Part shown: positions 40,707 through 53,705 of the stretch, in pieces
Layout: the number at the start of each line of letters is the position of its first letter
Position numbering within the stretch: the stretch's first letter is position 1
DNA from: an uncultured Bacteroidales bacterium
GTDB lineage: Bacteria; Bacteroidota; Bacteroidia; Bacteroidales; Bacteroidaceae
Direction: 5' to 3'
NCBI GenBank assembly: GCA_902799355.1
Contig: CADCAG010000002.1
Span: 25,693-89,692, forward strand
Length of the DNA stretch: 64,000 nucleotides
Made by a program: the position numbers and the translations under genes
Notes under the pieces: model-generated
What the model was told of the DNA's origin: nothing
Seen by the model: the letters and a program-made list of their open reading frames with translations, nothing else
Database searches by the model: none

Positions 40707-43082
40707 TCAGAAACGAACATGCTGGGCACTACCGTCGTAATGGACGGTCTGCTGTTTGCCGTCGGGCAGCACCACCGTAAACTGACGCTTCTGCAGCATG
40801 CCAGAATAGTTGCCTTGACGGTCGCCGAGGGTCAGCGTACGGGTCTTGTCATTCCAGCTAAACGGGATGACACTGTACGCTCCTTTCTCGTAATTATAGT
40901 TGTCGCCTTCGTCCTCATAGAGCGTAAAGCTACCATTCGCTCCTGGGTAGATGCGCAGCTCCAGGTTATCCCACCTCTTCTCGCCAACATACTGCATCTC
41001 AGGACCCAGCGGCAGGATGCTACCGGCACGTACGAACATCGGCACACGGTCGAATGTCGTCTCCAAGGTCACACGCTGACCACCCTTATACTGTTTGTTC
41101 GTCCAGTAGTCATACCAAGTGGTTCCCTTGGGCAGATACTTCACAGCGGTCTTCGCTGCCGTCCAGTCAACGTGTCCGACGGTTTCCCCGTCGGAATTAT
41201 CATTGCGGTCCCACCCTGTCATAGCATCGGTACGGATGATCTTCTCCTCCGTATACTGCGGCTCAACGATAGGAGCAGCGAGGATGCTACGGCCAAACAT
41301 AAACTCGTCAGTCATATTCCAGACGGTCTTGTCTTGAGCGAAGTCGGCAAACAGCGGACGCATATAGCTGTCATTGTTACTGGTCACCTGCCAGGCGGTG
41401 CTATACAGGTAAGGTAGCAGACGATAACGCAGGCGGATCTGCTTCTCGATAGCGTCGTATACGGGTTCACCTTTCTTGCCAAACTGCCAAATCTCACGGG
41501 GGGCATCAGCACCATGACTACGGAAGACAGGACAGAACAGTCCATACTGCATCCAACGGACATAGAGCTCCTGATACTGTGGATTGCGAGGTGCCGAGGC
41601 AGGGCCAAGGGTGTTATAGGCATTGCAGAAGAAGCCACCAATGTCCGTATTGAAGTTAGGATTACCCGTCAACGAGAAGCTCAGTCCGGCAGGCACCTGC
41701 TTGCGCAGCATGTCCCACGACGAGTTCACGTCACCACTCCACATATTCGAGCCATAGTGCTGCTGACCGGCATAGCTGGAGCGTGTCATGATGAAGACAC
41801 GTTTCTCGACCCCCCTCTTATCCCCCGAGGGGGAAGACTCCTCCCCTCGGGGAGGTTGGGAGGGGGTTCTTCTCTGCGCCTGGTAGATGCCACGCACCGT
41901 CTCTAACGGGAAGGCATTACGCTGTGAGCGCCAGGTACCGCCATATACTTTGTGCGCATAGTCACTCTCTCTTGGATTGAAGAAGTCGGGATCGGTAGAG
42001 TCCATCCACCACGCATCAGTGCCATAGTCATAGAGGCGCTTCAAGTGGTTCCAATAGATGGCGCGAGCCACAGGACTGAAGGCATCATACACCTTCACGC
42101 CCGACGGATAGTCCCTGCGTGGCGGCCAGATATGCGACAGACCGCTCTGTGGCCATGTTTCAAAGGGCAACAGCAGATTCTTCTCTGCCAGTTCACGGTA
42201 CTGCTGGGTCTGCGGACCGAAGCTCGCCCAGATAGAAATCATGAAGTGGGCATGCTTACGGTGTACGTTCTTAATCATCTGCGGACCATTCACAAAGTCC
42301 TCCGACAGGAAGTCCATGGCATTCCACAAGTAGTTAGAACCCCAGTACTGCCAGTCCTGGATGATACCATCCAAGGGAACGTGCAGCGCACGGTACTGGT
42401 CAACGATGCTCTCTGTCTCCGCAGCGGTCTTATAGCGTTCCTTCGACTGCCAGAAACCGTAGGTCCACAAGGGGAACATCGGCACATCACCTGTCAGATG
42501 GCGCATCTGAGCGATGACACCGTCAGCACTGCCGCCATACATAAAGTAATAATCAATGCCCTGACCAGCCTCAGAAGTAAACGTCATTCCCTGAGCGCTA
42601 TCCTCAAACAGCGTGGGCGAATAGTTCTCCCAATAGAGTCCCCAGCCCTTGATACTCTGCAACACGTTCTGGAAATCCTCCAGGTTCGACTGCTCCATAC
42701 GTTTCTTCTCACCACGACGGTTCATCTTACCATTCTGGATGGTACCCAGACCGTAGATAGCCTCATCCTTGTCGAGAGTGAAAGTCTGACATGACTGAAT
42801 CACGTCACACGATTTCTCTCTAAGCAGTACCTTGCCCTTAGCGGTCAGGAAGGTCAGGTTGCCCTGGGCATCCTGCTTAACAGTGAGTGTACTACTCGAC
42901 CAGGTGTTCCCCTTCTGCTTGACATCAACCTGTTCTGGCTTGGCAATGACAACAAGACTCTTGGTGGGTTCACCTTTTACCACATGAACGATGGAGGGTG
43001 TCATAAACTCCACCTTCATTTCCTGCGCCCAAGCAGCGGTTGTCAACAGCAGGGCGGCTGTCATCAATAGACTCTTTCTCAT
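40707..43082 (-). CDS. GH31 alpha-xylosidase-like glycosidase
   Basis: IYGLG, GFWQSKERY, DGIIQDWQYW, WWMDSTDP (nucleophile), WSGDV, TDIGGF, FRSHG, YEDEGD. Confidence 0.92.
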   Translation of the reverse strand: MRKSLLMTAALLLTTAAWAQEMKVEFMTPSIVHVVKGEPTKSLVVIAKPEQVDVKQKGNTWSSSTLTVKQDAQGNLTFLTAKGKVLLREKSCDVIQSCQTFTLDKDEAIYGLGTIQNGKMNRRGEKKRMEQSNLEDFQNVLQSIKGWGLYWENYSPTLFEDSAQGMTFTSEAGQGIDYYFMYGGSADGVIAQMRHLTGDVPMFPLWTYGFWQSKERYKTAAETESIVDQYRALHVPLDGIIQDWQYWGSNYLWNAMDFLSEDFVNGPQMIKNVHRKHAHFMISIWASFGPQTQQYRELAEKNLLLPFETWPQSGLSHIWPPRRDYPSGVKVYDAFSPVARAIYWNHLKRLYDYGTDAWWMDSTDPDFFNPRESDYAHKVYGGTWRSQRNAFPLETVRGIYQAQRRTPSQPPRGEESSPSGDKRGVEKRVFIMTRSSYAGQQHYGSNMWSGDVNSSWDMLRKQVPAGLSFSLTGNPNFNTDIGGFFCNAYNTLGPASAPRNPQYQELYVRWMQYGLFCPVFRSHGADAPREIWQFGKKGEPVYDAIEKQIRLRYRLLPYLYSTAWQVTSNNDSYMRPLFADFAQDKTVWNMTDEFMFGRSILAAPIVEPQYTEEKIIRTDAMTGWDRNDNSDGETVGHVDWTAAKTAVKYLPKGTTWYDYWTNKQYKGGQRVTLETTFDRVPMFVRAGSILPLGPEMQYVGEKRWDNLELRIYPGANGSFTLYEDEGDNYNYEKGAYSVIPFSWNDKTRTLTLGDRQGNYSGMLQKRQFTVVLPDGKQQTVHYDGSAQHVRF

Positions 43083-45523
43083 TATATCTTCAGCTTATAG
43101 GTTTTTCCTGCAGTGGTGTCAAGGTCATACTCATAGACCGTCGGCAGCACCTTGTTATCAATTGCTTTCAGCTCAGGAGAATGCAACGGCTGCTTGATAG
43201 TAGCCGGTGCCAGCAAGGAGTTGGGACAATCACCCTTGGCAGGGCGCAGGCCCTTACCCTTCAACGGTACATACGAGCGCAGGCGCAGCGTACCACCGAT
43301 AGTACTGCGAATGGTCGTTGAGCAAAGCTTTCCATCACTCCATTCCTCATCAACGATGAAACCGCCACGGGCTCTCAGACCCTTGACGCTACCCTGCTGC
43401 CAGTCGTCAGGCAGGGCAGGCAACAGATGTACTGCACCATCGTGACTCTGCAACAGCATCTCACAGATACCAGCAGCCACACCGAAGTTACCATCTATCT
43501 GGAACGGTGGATGGGCATCAAAGAGGTTGGGATAGGTACGTCCGTCAGGATACTGTCTCATCTTGCTGTCGTCAGGCAAGATACGAAGCATATTCTTAAT
43601 AATCAGGAAGGCATGGTTGCCATCCAACAGACGCGCCCACAGGTTGGTCTTCCATCCCAGACTCCATCCCGTTGCCTGGTCACCACGCTGTGTCAGTGTG
43701 GTGGCGGCAGCACTATAAAGGTCGGGGTGCGTAAATGGTGATATCTGGTTAGAGGGATACAGTCCATAGAGGTGTGACACATGGCGGTGCTGGTCGTTAG
43801 GATCGTCACCGTCCCACAACCATTCCTGCAGCTGTCCGTGCTTGCCAATCTGCATGGGAGGCAGTTTGGAGAGAGCTGAAGAGAGACGAGAGATGTAAGC
43901 CTTATCCTCACCGAGAATGTTGGCGGCAGCGATGGTCTGGGTCAGCACGTCGAAGACAATCTGGTTGTCCATCGTTGAGCCTGCCGTCACCGTGGTATGC
44001 TTACCGATGGGACCATGTTCAGGCGATACAGTCGGTGCTGTGACCAGCCAGCCATATTGCGGATGAGCCACCAGGTAGTCCAGCAGGAAGTCGGCAGCAC
44101 CCTTCATTACGGGGTAATAGTCGCGCAACAACTGCTTATCACCCGTAAACAGGTACTGCTGCCAGATATGCGTTGTCAGCCAGGCTCCACCTGTGGGGAA
44201 CATGCCCCATGTGGTACCGTCGATAGGTCCGGCAACACGCCACAGGTCAGTATTGTGGTGGGCCACCCAACCACGACAGCCATACATCGCTTCTGCCGTC
44301 TTACGTCCCGTCTCACTGAGGTCGCGCGTCAAGGTGAGCAACGGTTCCTGGTTTTCGACGAGGTTACCCACCAGCGACGGCCAGTAGTTCATCTCAGCAT
44401 TGATATTGATGGTGTATTTCGAGTCCCACATGGCATAGGGCTTGTCGTTCCACATACCTTGCAGATTGGCGGCCTGACCGCCAGGCTGCGACGAGGATAT
44501 CAGCAGGTAACGGCCGTACTGCATCATCAGGGCTACGAGTCCCAGGTCGCTACCGTCGAAACGCGCCAGACGCTGGTCGGTAGGCAGCGCAGCAGTTCCG
44601 GCTCCTGCCACCACTCCTGCGGGCTTTCCCAGCTCCAGGCTCACCCTGTCATACTGCTCCTTGTAGGCCCGTTCGTGTCGCTTCAGCAACTGCTTGTAGC
44701 TTCTTCCCTGCAGGGCAAGCAGGGTGGCATCATTCTTCTGCGCAGGGTTTCCGCTGATGTCGTGGTAGTTCACATAGTTGGTGGCGGCGACGATATACAG
44801 CGTAGCCGTCGTAGCACCGGTGACACTGGCACCATTGCAGCGACCGTCGGTTTCTATCTTTACACGGCACTCGGCAGTGAGGCCGCCCTTGATGCCTTCA
44901 TGCTCGGCATTCTTGACGGTAGCCGTCAGGAGGCCATCGCCCGTAGCGACCTTGTTTTCCAAAGGACTTCCGAATGCTACGTCAAACGACAAGGCACCCT
45001 TCTTCGAGGCTGTCAGTCGTACGATGACGGCATGGTCGGCAAGCGAGGCAAAAACGGTACGCTCGTACTTCACACCCTTATAGTCATAAGAGGTGGTATT
45101 CAGTGCCGTACCGATGTTCAGTTCGCGACGGTAGTCCGTCACGTCTTTGTGACCTAACGACAGCTTCACGCTACCCACCGGCAGGAAACGCATGCCGTGA
45201 GGACCCTTGAAGAAATACTGGTCGATAATCTTGTGGGCAGCCTCTTCCTTACCCGCAAAGATGCTGTCGCGCACCTCTTGCAGGTGGGCCTTGGCGGCAG
45301 GGCTGTCGTTGTCATGGGGTGAACCGCTCCAGAAGGTTTCTTCGTTGAGTTGTATCTCCTCGGTATCGGTACCGCCATAGATCATGGCGCCCATCTGTGA
45401 GTTGCCGACAGGCAGTGCCTCCAGCCAGTGGGCGGCAGGTTTGTCATACCACAGCGTGTAGTCCTGTGCCGCCAGCGGCAAGGAGCATACCATGGAGATG
45501 AGTACTAATAGTTTTTTCATCAT
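43082..45523 (-). CDS. GH95 alpha-L-fucosidase/alpha-L-galactosidase
   Basis: [62 protein letters not shown]; start moved to MMKKLL. Confidence 0.93.
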   Translation of the reverse strand: MMKKLLVLISMVCSLPLAAQDYTLWYDKPAAHWLEALPVGNSQMGAMIYGGTDTEEIQLNEETFWSGSPHDNDSPAAKAHLQEVRDSIFAGKEEAAHKIIDQYFFKGPHGMRFLPVGSVKLSLGHKDVTDYRRELNIGTALNTTSYDYKGVKYERTVFASLADHAVIVRLTASKKGALSFDVAFGSPLENKVATGDGLLTATVKNAEHEGIKGGLTAECRVKIETDGRCNGASVTGATTATLYIVAATNYVNYHDISGNPAQKNDATLLALQGRSYKQLLKRHERAYKEQYDRVSLELGKPAGVVAGAGTAALPTDQRLARFDGSDLGLVALMMQYGRYLLISSSQPGGQAANLQGMWNDKPYAMWDSKYTININAEMNYWPSLVGNLVENQEPLLTLTRDLSETGRKTAEAMYGCRGWVAHHNTDLWRVAGPIDGTTWGMFPTGGAWLTTHIWQQYLFTGDKQLLRDYYPVMKGAADFLLDYLVAHPQYGWLVTAPTVSPEHGPIGKHTTVTAGSTMDNQIVFDVLTQTIAAANILGEDKAYISRLSSALSKLPPMQIGKHGQLQEWLWDGDDPNDQHRHVSHLYGLYPSNQISPFTHPDLYSAAATTLTQRGDQATGWSLGWKTNLWARLLDGNHAFLIIKNMLRILPDDSKMRQYPDGRTYPNLFDAHPPFQIDGNFGVAAGICEMLLQSHDGAVHLLPALPDDWQQGSVKGLRARGGFIVDEEWSDGKLCSTTIRSTIGGTLRLRSYVPLKGKGLRPAKGDCPNSLLAPATIKQPLHSPELKAIDNKVLPTVYEYDLDTTAGKTYKLKI

Positions 45524-45537
45524 GTAAAAGGGGTTGA

Positions 45538-48135
45538 TTATTGTATTTGTATGGTTAGACACTGCAGGTCTTTGTCCGCAGAACTGTTACCTACGAAGAT
45601 CTCATACGTGCCGGGTACGAAACGCATGGTATTCGTCTCGCTATCCCAACCCTCAAAACTCTCGCGGCTGAGTCGTATCGTCTCTGTCACCTTCTGTCCT
45701 GCCTTCACGTCGACACGCTTGAAAGCACGCAGCGTCTTCAGCGGTCCCTCCTTATCGGCGGTGTTGCGGATATACACCTGAACAATCTCTGTACCGTCGC
45801 GTTTGCCGGTGTTCTTGAGGGGAACGGTGAGGACGACAGAATTGCCATCCACGGTACTGCTGGCCTCTCCCATCTCGAAGGTGGTATAGCTCAGGCCATA
45901 GCCGAAGGGGAACAGGGCATCATTGAAGTAACGATAGGTACGTCCTTTCATGGAGTAGTCCTCATAGTCAGGCAGCTGACTGCTACGCTTATAGAAGGTG
46001 ACGGGCAGCTTACCGCTGGGGTTGACGTCGCCGAAGAGCACGTCAGCAACAGCCGTTCCGCCCTCCTGACCAGGATACCATGCCTGGACGATGGCGTCGC
46101 AGGTCTGCACCTCAGGCTCCAGCGCAATAGCCGAACCGGAACAGTTGACGAAGATAACCTGTTTGCCGGCAGCCTTCAGCGCTTTCAGGAAGTCGCGCTG
46201 CACCTTGGGCAGTTCGATATTGGTACGGTCACCACCTTTGAAGCCTTCGATATTGACGGGCATCTCCTCGCCTTCCAGACTGGGAGCGATGCCGCCGACG
46301 AAGATGACTTTATTGATACCTTTCAGCTGGGCAATGGTCTGCTGATAGTCGATGGGCAACTCACGGGCAATATTAATCTTCATGCCAGCGCCCCATGTCT
46401 TGACGGTCTTGAAGCGCACCTCGACCTGGAACTTCTCGCCAGCCTTTGCATTCAGCACGGTACGGGTGGGGGTAGAGCGCCAGATACGGTGGTAAGCCTT
46501 ACGACTGCCGTTCACCAGCACCTCAAACTCACCGGTACCTTCTACGTTCAACACATATTCGCCAGCCTCCTTAGGAGCAAAGGTCGTCTCGTACTTGGCA
46601 GAGAAGTCCTCAATGGGCAGGTTAGCAGCAAAGACATGCATACCATTGGTGGTCACAGCCAGCGGTTTGGTATAATACTCGGTGGTGAAAGGTTTGCCCT
46701 TCCACTCCGTGTTCGTCCAGAAGGTACCCTTCAGTCCCTTCTTACCGTCAGGAGCAGTACACTCCGTAGCCAAATGGCACTCCATGACCTTGTCATACGT
46801 CAGGTCACAACCCGGCGCATAAAACAACTTCTTCTGTTTGGCCTTGATACCGTTAAGAATAGTGACGGTCTTATTGGGCGTACCATTATAGTTACCCCAC
46901 ATCATGGGTTCATTGTCAGCATTGGGACCAATAACAGCGACTTTCTCGGCATTCTTCTTCAGCGGCAGGATGTTATCATTGTTCTGTAGCAGCACAATAG
47001 TCTGACGTGCCATATCCAGAGATATCTTGGCTGACTCCTTGGTACTCATGGCAGAATACGGTATCTTCGACCACTCTACGAGTGACGGGTCGTCCATCTC
47101 GCCGAGGTCGAAGCGACCCTCCAACAGACGGATGACATGCTTGTCGACCTCCTGCTCGGTGATAAGTCCACGACGTACAGCTTCAGGGATGCTGCGGTAG
47201 GCATAGCCATAGCCACACTCCACATCTGTACCTGCCAGCGTAGCTCGCGCCGAGGCTGTTACAGCCGATGATGAACTCTTATGAGACTCATAGAAGTCAC
47301 TGATGGCACCACAGTCGCTAACCACCAGGTATTTGAAGCCCCACTCGTCGCGCAGAATCTGCTGCAACAGACGGTTAGAGCCACAGCAGGGATCATCGTC
47401 CAGACGCTGGTAGGCACACATCACCTCACGGACATCACTCTTGGTCACCAGGTGCTTGAAGGCCGGCATATAGGTCTCCCAGAAGTCACGGACAGGCACG
47501 TTGGTCAGATTGGCCGAGTGGCGGGTATACTCAGGACCGCTATGTACGGCATAGTGCTTGGCACATGCCCACAGTTTGCGGTACTTGTGCTGACCGGTAG
47601 CACCAATCAGTGGGTCACCCTGCAGACCACGTACTACGGCATCGCCCATCACGCTGGTCAGGTAAGGGTCTTCACCGTAGGTCTCCTGTCCCCTGCCCCA
47701 TCGTGGGTCACGGAAGATGTTGACATTCGGTGTCCATACCGACAGCGAGCGCATCTTCATATCCTCACCACCCAGGTCATAGAGCCGGTGGTTATACTGT
47801 GCACGGAACTCCGTTGACGCCACGTCGAAGCACTTATACAACAGAGCGGGGTTAAACGACGAGGCCATGGCTACGGGTTCGGGGAACACCGTGACATTAC
47901 CCATATTGGCAGCACCGTGCAGGGCCTCGCTCCACCAGAAGAACTTCTTGATTCCCAGACGGGGGATGGCAGGACTCTCGTCGAGCATCAGTTTCGCCTT
48001 CTCTTCTAATGTCAGACGGCCACACAAATCCTTGGCACGTTCTCTGGCCGACAGGTTCGGATTCTGATACGGCAACTGCTGGGCTGCAGCCGACAGACTA
48101 CATGTCACAGCAAATAATATTAATAGTTTCTTCAT
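45538..48135 (-). CDS. xyl3A: GH3 beta-xylosidase with PA14 insertion
   Basis: [51 protein letters not shown]; closely matches recalled P. ruminicola Xyl3A. Confidence 0.93.
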   Translation of the reverse strand: MKKLLILFAVTCSLSAAAQQLPYQNPNLSARERAKDLCGRLTLEEKAKLMLDESPAIPRLGIKKFFWWSEALHGAANMGNVTVFPEPVAMASSFNPALLYKCFDVASTEFRAQYNHRLYDLGGEDMKMRSLSVWTPNVNIFRDPRWGRGQETYGEDPYLTSVMGDAVVRGLQGDPLIGATGQHKYRKLWACAKHYAVHSGPEYTRHSANLTNVPVRDFWETYMPAFKHLVTKSDVREVMCAYQRLDDDPCCGSNRLLQQILRDEWGFKYLVVSDCGAISDFYESHKSSSSAVTASARATLAGTDVECGYGYAYRSIPEAVRRGLITEQEVDKHVIRLLEGRFDLGEMDDPSLVEWSKIPYSAMSTKESAKISLDMARQTIVLLQNNDNILPLKKNAEKVAVIGPNADNEPMMWGNYNGTPNKTVTILNGIKAKQKKLFYAPGCDLTYDKVMECHLATECTAPDGKKGLKGTFWTNTEWKGKPFTTEYYTKPLAVTTNGMHVFAANLPIEDFSAKYETTFAPKEAGEYVLNVEGTGEFEVLVNGSRKAYHRIWRSTPTRTVLNAKAGEKFQVEVRFKTVKTWGAGMKINIARELPIDYQQTIAQLKGINKVIFVGGIAPSLEGEEMPVNIEGFKGGDRTNIELPKVQRDFLKALKAAGKQVIFVNCSGSAIALEPEVQTCDAIVQAWYPGQEGGTAVADVLFGDVNPSGKLPVTFYKRSSQLPDYEDYSMKGRTYRYFNDALFPFGYGLSYTTFEMGEASSTVDGNSVVLTVPLKNTGKRDGTEIVQVYIRNTADKEGPLKTLRAFKRVDVKAGQKVTETIRLSRESFEGWDSETNTMRFVPGTYEIFVGNSSADKDLQCLTIQIQ

Positions 48136-48171
48136 GTTCTCAATCCCTCATTCTTTCAATTTCTCATTTTC

Positions 48172-50673
48172 TCAATTTTTTCGGTGAAGAGGAGACTCTT
48201 CGCCGAAAAGGTACTGCGACTGATAGCCGCCACAGTCGACGACAATCTTCTCGAAGACGATGCCAGGATGGCGCGGTACGATGGTCAACTCATGGAAATC
48301 CTGCTTGCTGACAGGCAGTGTGACGGTCTTCTCCACGATACGGCGGGCCACAGCGGGATAGTACTCGGAGTACATATAAGGCTGACGGTCTACCAGTGTC
48401 TTGTTGAAGTTCACCACCTGTGGCTCTGAACCATCGAGACTGACGGTATACTCATGACCACCGACATTCAGGAAGTCGAGTGTAGACTTCACCACCACAT
48501 GTACTGTCACCTGAGCAGGTGCATTGGCTGGCAGTGCAAAGCGGTAGGTCAGCGAGGCACCGTCGACAGGTTGGGTGTAGGGTGTCAGCGCCACGGCACT
48601 ACGGGTACGGCCGTAGTCAGGATAGATGCTCCATGCCGTACCGTCGGCAGCCTTGCTGCTGTAGAAGTGTTCTGCCTCCATAGCGACATAGCCATGGACA
48701 GCGCTAAAGGTGTAGCCGCCGGCTGTAGTAGGAACAGGAACAGCAGTGGTTCTGGGCAGCATGTCGTGACGGAAGTCGTCATTCCAGCTGCGATAGCCGA
48801 TATGCTTCTGGGTCATCATACCATCCCACTTGCCTCCGGCCATCACCTTGTTATAGTCATGGCAGAGCAGCGAGTCGCGGCGGAAGCAATCCTTCACACG
48901 CTGAGCCCAGAGGTTTGCGTCGGGCAGACCGGCGCTTGCCAAATGCTGGTTCATAGCCTGCGCATAGTACATGTCATAGAGGTTGGCCATCGCCTGTACG
49001 GGGAAAAGCACGCTCTGGCGGTAGGCATCAACGGCAGCAGCGGGAATCTCCGGCAACAGGCGGAGGGCCTCACGCTCCAGGCGGGCATAGTCGTCAGCCA
49101 CCTTGCGCCACTCACCGGTAGCGAGGTTATAGGTACGGGCATCCAGCATCTCCGGAGTGACACGTGCCATATACTGGCAGTTGCGGTTGTACACGGCAGC
49201 CACCTCGCTTGCCAGGCGCTCGGCGGTTCCCCCGCCGAGTACAGAACTGAAGAAGCGCTGGGTATGCTCCGTCACATTCTGCTGGGTATATTCTTTCGGG
49301 TTCCATGCCATATCCATAAACAGTTGGATGGGATATTCCATGGGTTTCAGGTCACCGACATTCAGAATCCACATACGCTGGATGCCGTGGTCGTAAGCCA
49401 ACGACAGCTGTTCGAACATCTGCTGTGTCTGGGTGACGTTCAGCCACTTCGTATTACGGGGAGCACCGACATAGTCTACATGATAGTAGAGGCCCCATCC
49501 ACCGGGGTGCTTACGCTCCTGGGCATTGGGTACGCGGCGTACATTACCCCAGTTGTCGTCACACAACAACATGATGACATCGTCGGGGACGCGCATGCCA
49601 GCGTCATAGTAGTCGAGCACCTCCTTATACAAGGCCCACACCTGCGTGGTCTTGTTGGCGGGCTTACCCGTCACCTCCTTGATAATCTTACGCTGGTTCT
49701 CGACGATGCGCTGTAACAGTTTGGTGTCGGCATCGGCACTCATCGCTTCGTCGCCATCGCCACGCATACCGATGGTCACCATATCCTCGGTACCCTTCAT
49801 GCGCTCGATGCCCTCGCGGAAGAACTGGTCCAGCTTCTGCTGGTTCTTCTGATAGTTCCAGGGACCCCACTCGCCACGCTTACGGGCATACTCCTGGTGG
49901 TTGCGGGCCATGGGCTCGTGGTGAGAGGTACCCATGATGATACCCATCTCGTCGGCGGTCTTCAGGTTCTCGGGGTCGTCGGCATAGAAGGCCCAGCCCC
50001 ACATGGCAGGCCACATCATGTTACCCTTCAGACGCAGGATGAGTTCGAAGACCTTGGCATAGAAGTGGTGGTCGCCATAGCCAGTGCCAAAGGTGTTCTT
50101 CACCCACGAGGTCAGACAGGGTGCCTCATCGTTCAAGAACAGACCACGAAACTCTACGGCAGGCTCGCCATCAGTATACTGACCTGGCAAGATGCCTACA
50201 TAGTCGCGCTTCGTGACGGGCACATCCATCCACCAGTACCAGGGTGACACACCCATCTGCTGGCTGAGCTCGTAGATGCCATAGACGGTACCGCGACGGT
50301 CACTGCCTGCAATAACCAACTGTCCGTCGATGGTAGTGATGATAAACTTCTCGCGCTTGCCCTTCAGGTCCTTCAGCACCTTCTGCTTCACCCACTGGTC
50401 TATCTGCTTATTGCAGCCAACAGTACCAATGAGGATGGTTGGGGTGTTGCTCTTCGTGGGGGTGAACCCCATGACACTTGCGATGTCCTGCTGCAGGTTG
50501 GCGGCAGCAATCTGTACCGCCTTAGGCTCCTGGTCACTATAACCAATCGTGGCACCAGCCAGTGACAGTGCCCCACGCTGCTCCGCGAATGTCACGAAGC
50601 TATTAGCAGCACTGAGTTGCATGGCCGCAGCCATACAACTCAGTGTCAGAAGAATAGTTCTTAGATATCTCAT
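48172..50673 (-). CDS. GH115 xylan alpha-glucuronidase
   Basis: GSDRRGTVYG, GVSPWYWW, RGLFLNDEAP, WPAMW, GTSHHEPM, GMRGDGD, DDNWG, YYHVDYVG, NVGDLKP. Confidence 0.95.
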   Translation of the reverse strand: MRYLRTILLTLSCMAAAMQLSAANSFVTFAEQRGALSLAGATIGYSDQEPKAVQIAAANLQQDIASVMGFTPTKSNTPTILIGTVGCNKQIDQWVKQKVLKDLKGKREKFIITTIDGQLVIAGSDRRGTVYGIYELSQQMGVSPWYWWMDVPVTKRDYVGILPGQYTDGEPAVEFRGLFLNDEAPCLTSWVKNTFGTGYGDHHFYAKVFELILRLKGNMMWPAMWGWAFYADDPENLKTADEMGIIMGTSHHEPMARNHQEYARKRGEWGPWNYQKNQQKLDQFFREGIERMKGTEDMVTIGMRGDGDEAMSADADTKLLQRIVENQRKIIKEVTGKPANKTTQVWALYKEVLDYYDAGMRVPDDVIMLLCDDNWGNVRRVPNAQERKHPGGWGLYYHVDYVGAPRNTKWLNVTQTQQMFEQLSLAYDHGIQRMWILNVGDLKPMEYPIQLFMDMAWNPKEYTQQNVTEHTQRFFSSVLGGGTAERLASEVAAVYNRNCQYMARVTPEMLDARTYNLATGEWRKVADDYARLEREALRLLPEIPAAAVDAYRQSVLFPVQAMANLYDMYYAQAMNQHLASAGLPDANLWAQRVKDCFRRDSLLCHDYNKVMAGGKWDGMMTQKHIGYRSWNDDFRHDMLPRTTAVPVPTTAGGYTFSAVHGYVAMEAEHFYSSKAADGTAWSIYPDYGRTRSAVALTPYTQPVDGASLTYRFALPANAPAQVTVHVVVKSTLDFLNVGGHEYTVSLDGSEPQVVNFNKTLVDRQPYMYSEYYPAVARRIVEKTVTLPVSKQDFHELTIVPRHPGIVFEKIVVDCGGYQSQYLFGEESPLHRKN

Positions 50674-50682
50674 AGAGTCTGC

Positions 50683-52809
<2,127 letters not shown>

Positions 52810-52876
52810 ACACCCCTCTCACCGCTTTCTATAATATCATCACTTATTGTAGGTTCACTTCTTTTTCTTGGTTTTT

Positions 52877-52999
52877 CTTTTGTTCTGGTTGAATCCCGTA
52901 GGGATGGATGATGTGGATGTATGTTTTGACTGTGAGCTTGCTCACAAGGCGAAACATATAGCCACAGCATTACAGACATCGTCTCAACCAGAACAAAAG
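52877..52999 (+). ncRNA. Candidate structured RNA (unassigned family)
   Basis: Perfect 16-bp terminal inverted repeat enclosing nested helices whose G-U pairs favour the plus strand. Confidence 0.5.
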
Positions 53000-53037
53000 G
53001 GTTTTTAAGGTTTTTGTTTATTTCAAGCATACTCAAG

Positions 53038-53075
53038 AAAAAAAGTAATCGGGAGCCCGAGGGTTCCCGATTACC
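53038..53075 (-). terminator. Intrinsic terminator after the 65-aa ORF
   Basis: aaaaaaa-gtaatcgggagc...gttcccgattac. Confidence 0.8.
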
Positions 53076-53161
53076 ATTAGGATATGTAATATATTGTATT
53101 TACAGAGAAAAACTCGGATCTAAAATATTAGGTAGCAAAAGAACCTGTATCAACTTTTGCA

Positions 53162-53359
53162 TCAATCATACACTTCATCCCAGTTGATGGGTTCTCCAAC
53201 ACCAATGGGACGTGAATTTGTACGCATGGGGCGGGTAATCGTACGTTCATGTTTTATCTTTTTGCTACCGCAATTAACAACGACAGGACGTGGGATCAAT
53301 GGATTGTGACCACTAATCCTGTTCAGAGAGGGTACCTGTTTAAACTTCCTTGTCTCCAT
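53162..53359 (-). CDS. Small hypothetical protein (65 aa) in its own transcription unit
   Basis: METRKFKQVPSLNRISGHNPLIPRPVVVNCGSKKIKHERTITRPMRTNSRPIGVGEPINWDEVYD; TATCTTTG box at 53395-53388 upstream and a terminator downstream. Confidence 0.6.
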   Translation of the reverse strand: METRKFKQVPSLNRISGHNPLIPRPVVVNCGSKKIKHERTITRPMRTNSRPIGVGEPINWDEVYD

Positions 53360-53475
53360 AATTGCTTCTATTTTTGTTTCTCCGCTGCAAAGATAAGCAA
53401 TCTTTTCATTACCTCCAAACAATTCAGAGGAAAAATCCTGTACAGCTCTCACGGATACTACTATTAGGCTTGTAT

Positions 53476-53614
53476 TTCTCGCAGATGCCACAGATAACGC
53501 AGATCTTTACTTTACATACCCTTCTTGCTTCGGAAATAAATCTGCGAAATCTGCGAAATCTGCGAGAGATAGAAATACAAGCTGGCGAGAGATAGAAATA
53601 CAAGCTAGCGAGAG
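53476..53614. repeat. aaatctgcg x3 with inverted cgcagat copies, then 23-bp direct repeats
   Basis: aaatctgcg at 53538-53564; gcgagagatagaaatacaagct(g/a) at 53562-53607 plus a partial third copy. Confidence 0.8.
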
Positions 53615-53641
53615 AATAAATTATTGGCTTCAGCGAGGAAT

Positions 53642-53674
53642 AAAAATCCCCCGCAGCGGTGAGGCTGCAGGGGA
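53642..53674 (-). terminator. Terminator of the xus core operon
   Basis: aaaaa-tcccccgcagc...gctgcagggga. Confidence 0.8.
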
Positions 53675-53705
53675 AATAATTATAAGTGATAAGTAATCAG
53701 ATAGC

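Noticed and set aside
52877-52999. Retron ncRNA, integron attC site or invertible promoter as a firm call
   Set aside because: No reverse transcriptase, integrase or invertase in the window; the GTT/AAC cores are in the wrong order for attC; no perfect TAnnTTTG inside.
53562-53614. 23-bp direct repeats as a CRISPR array
   Set aside because: Contiguous repeats with no spacers, only ~2.3 copies, no cas genes.
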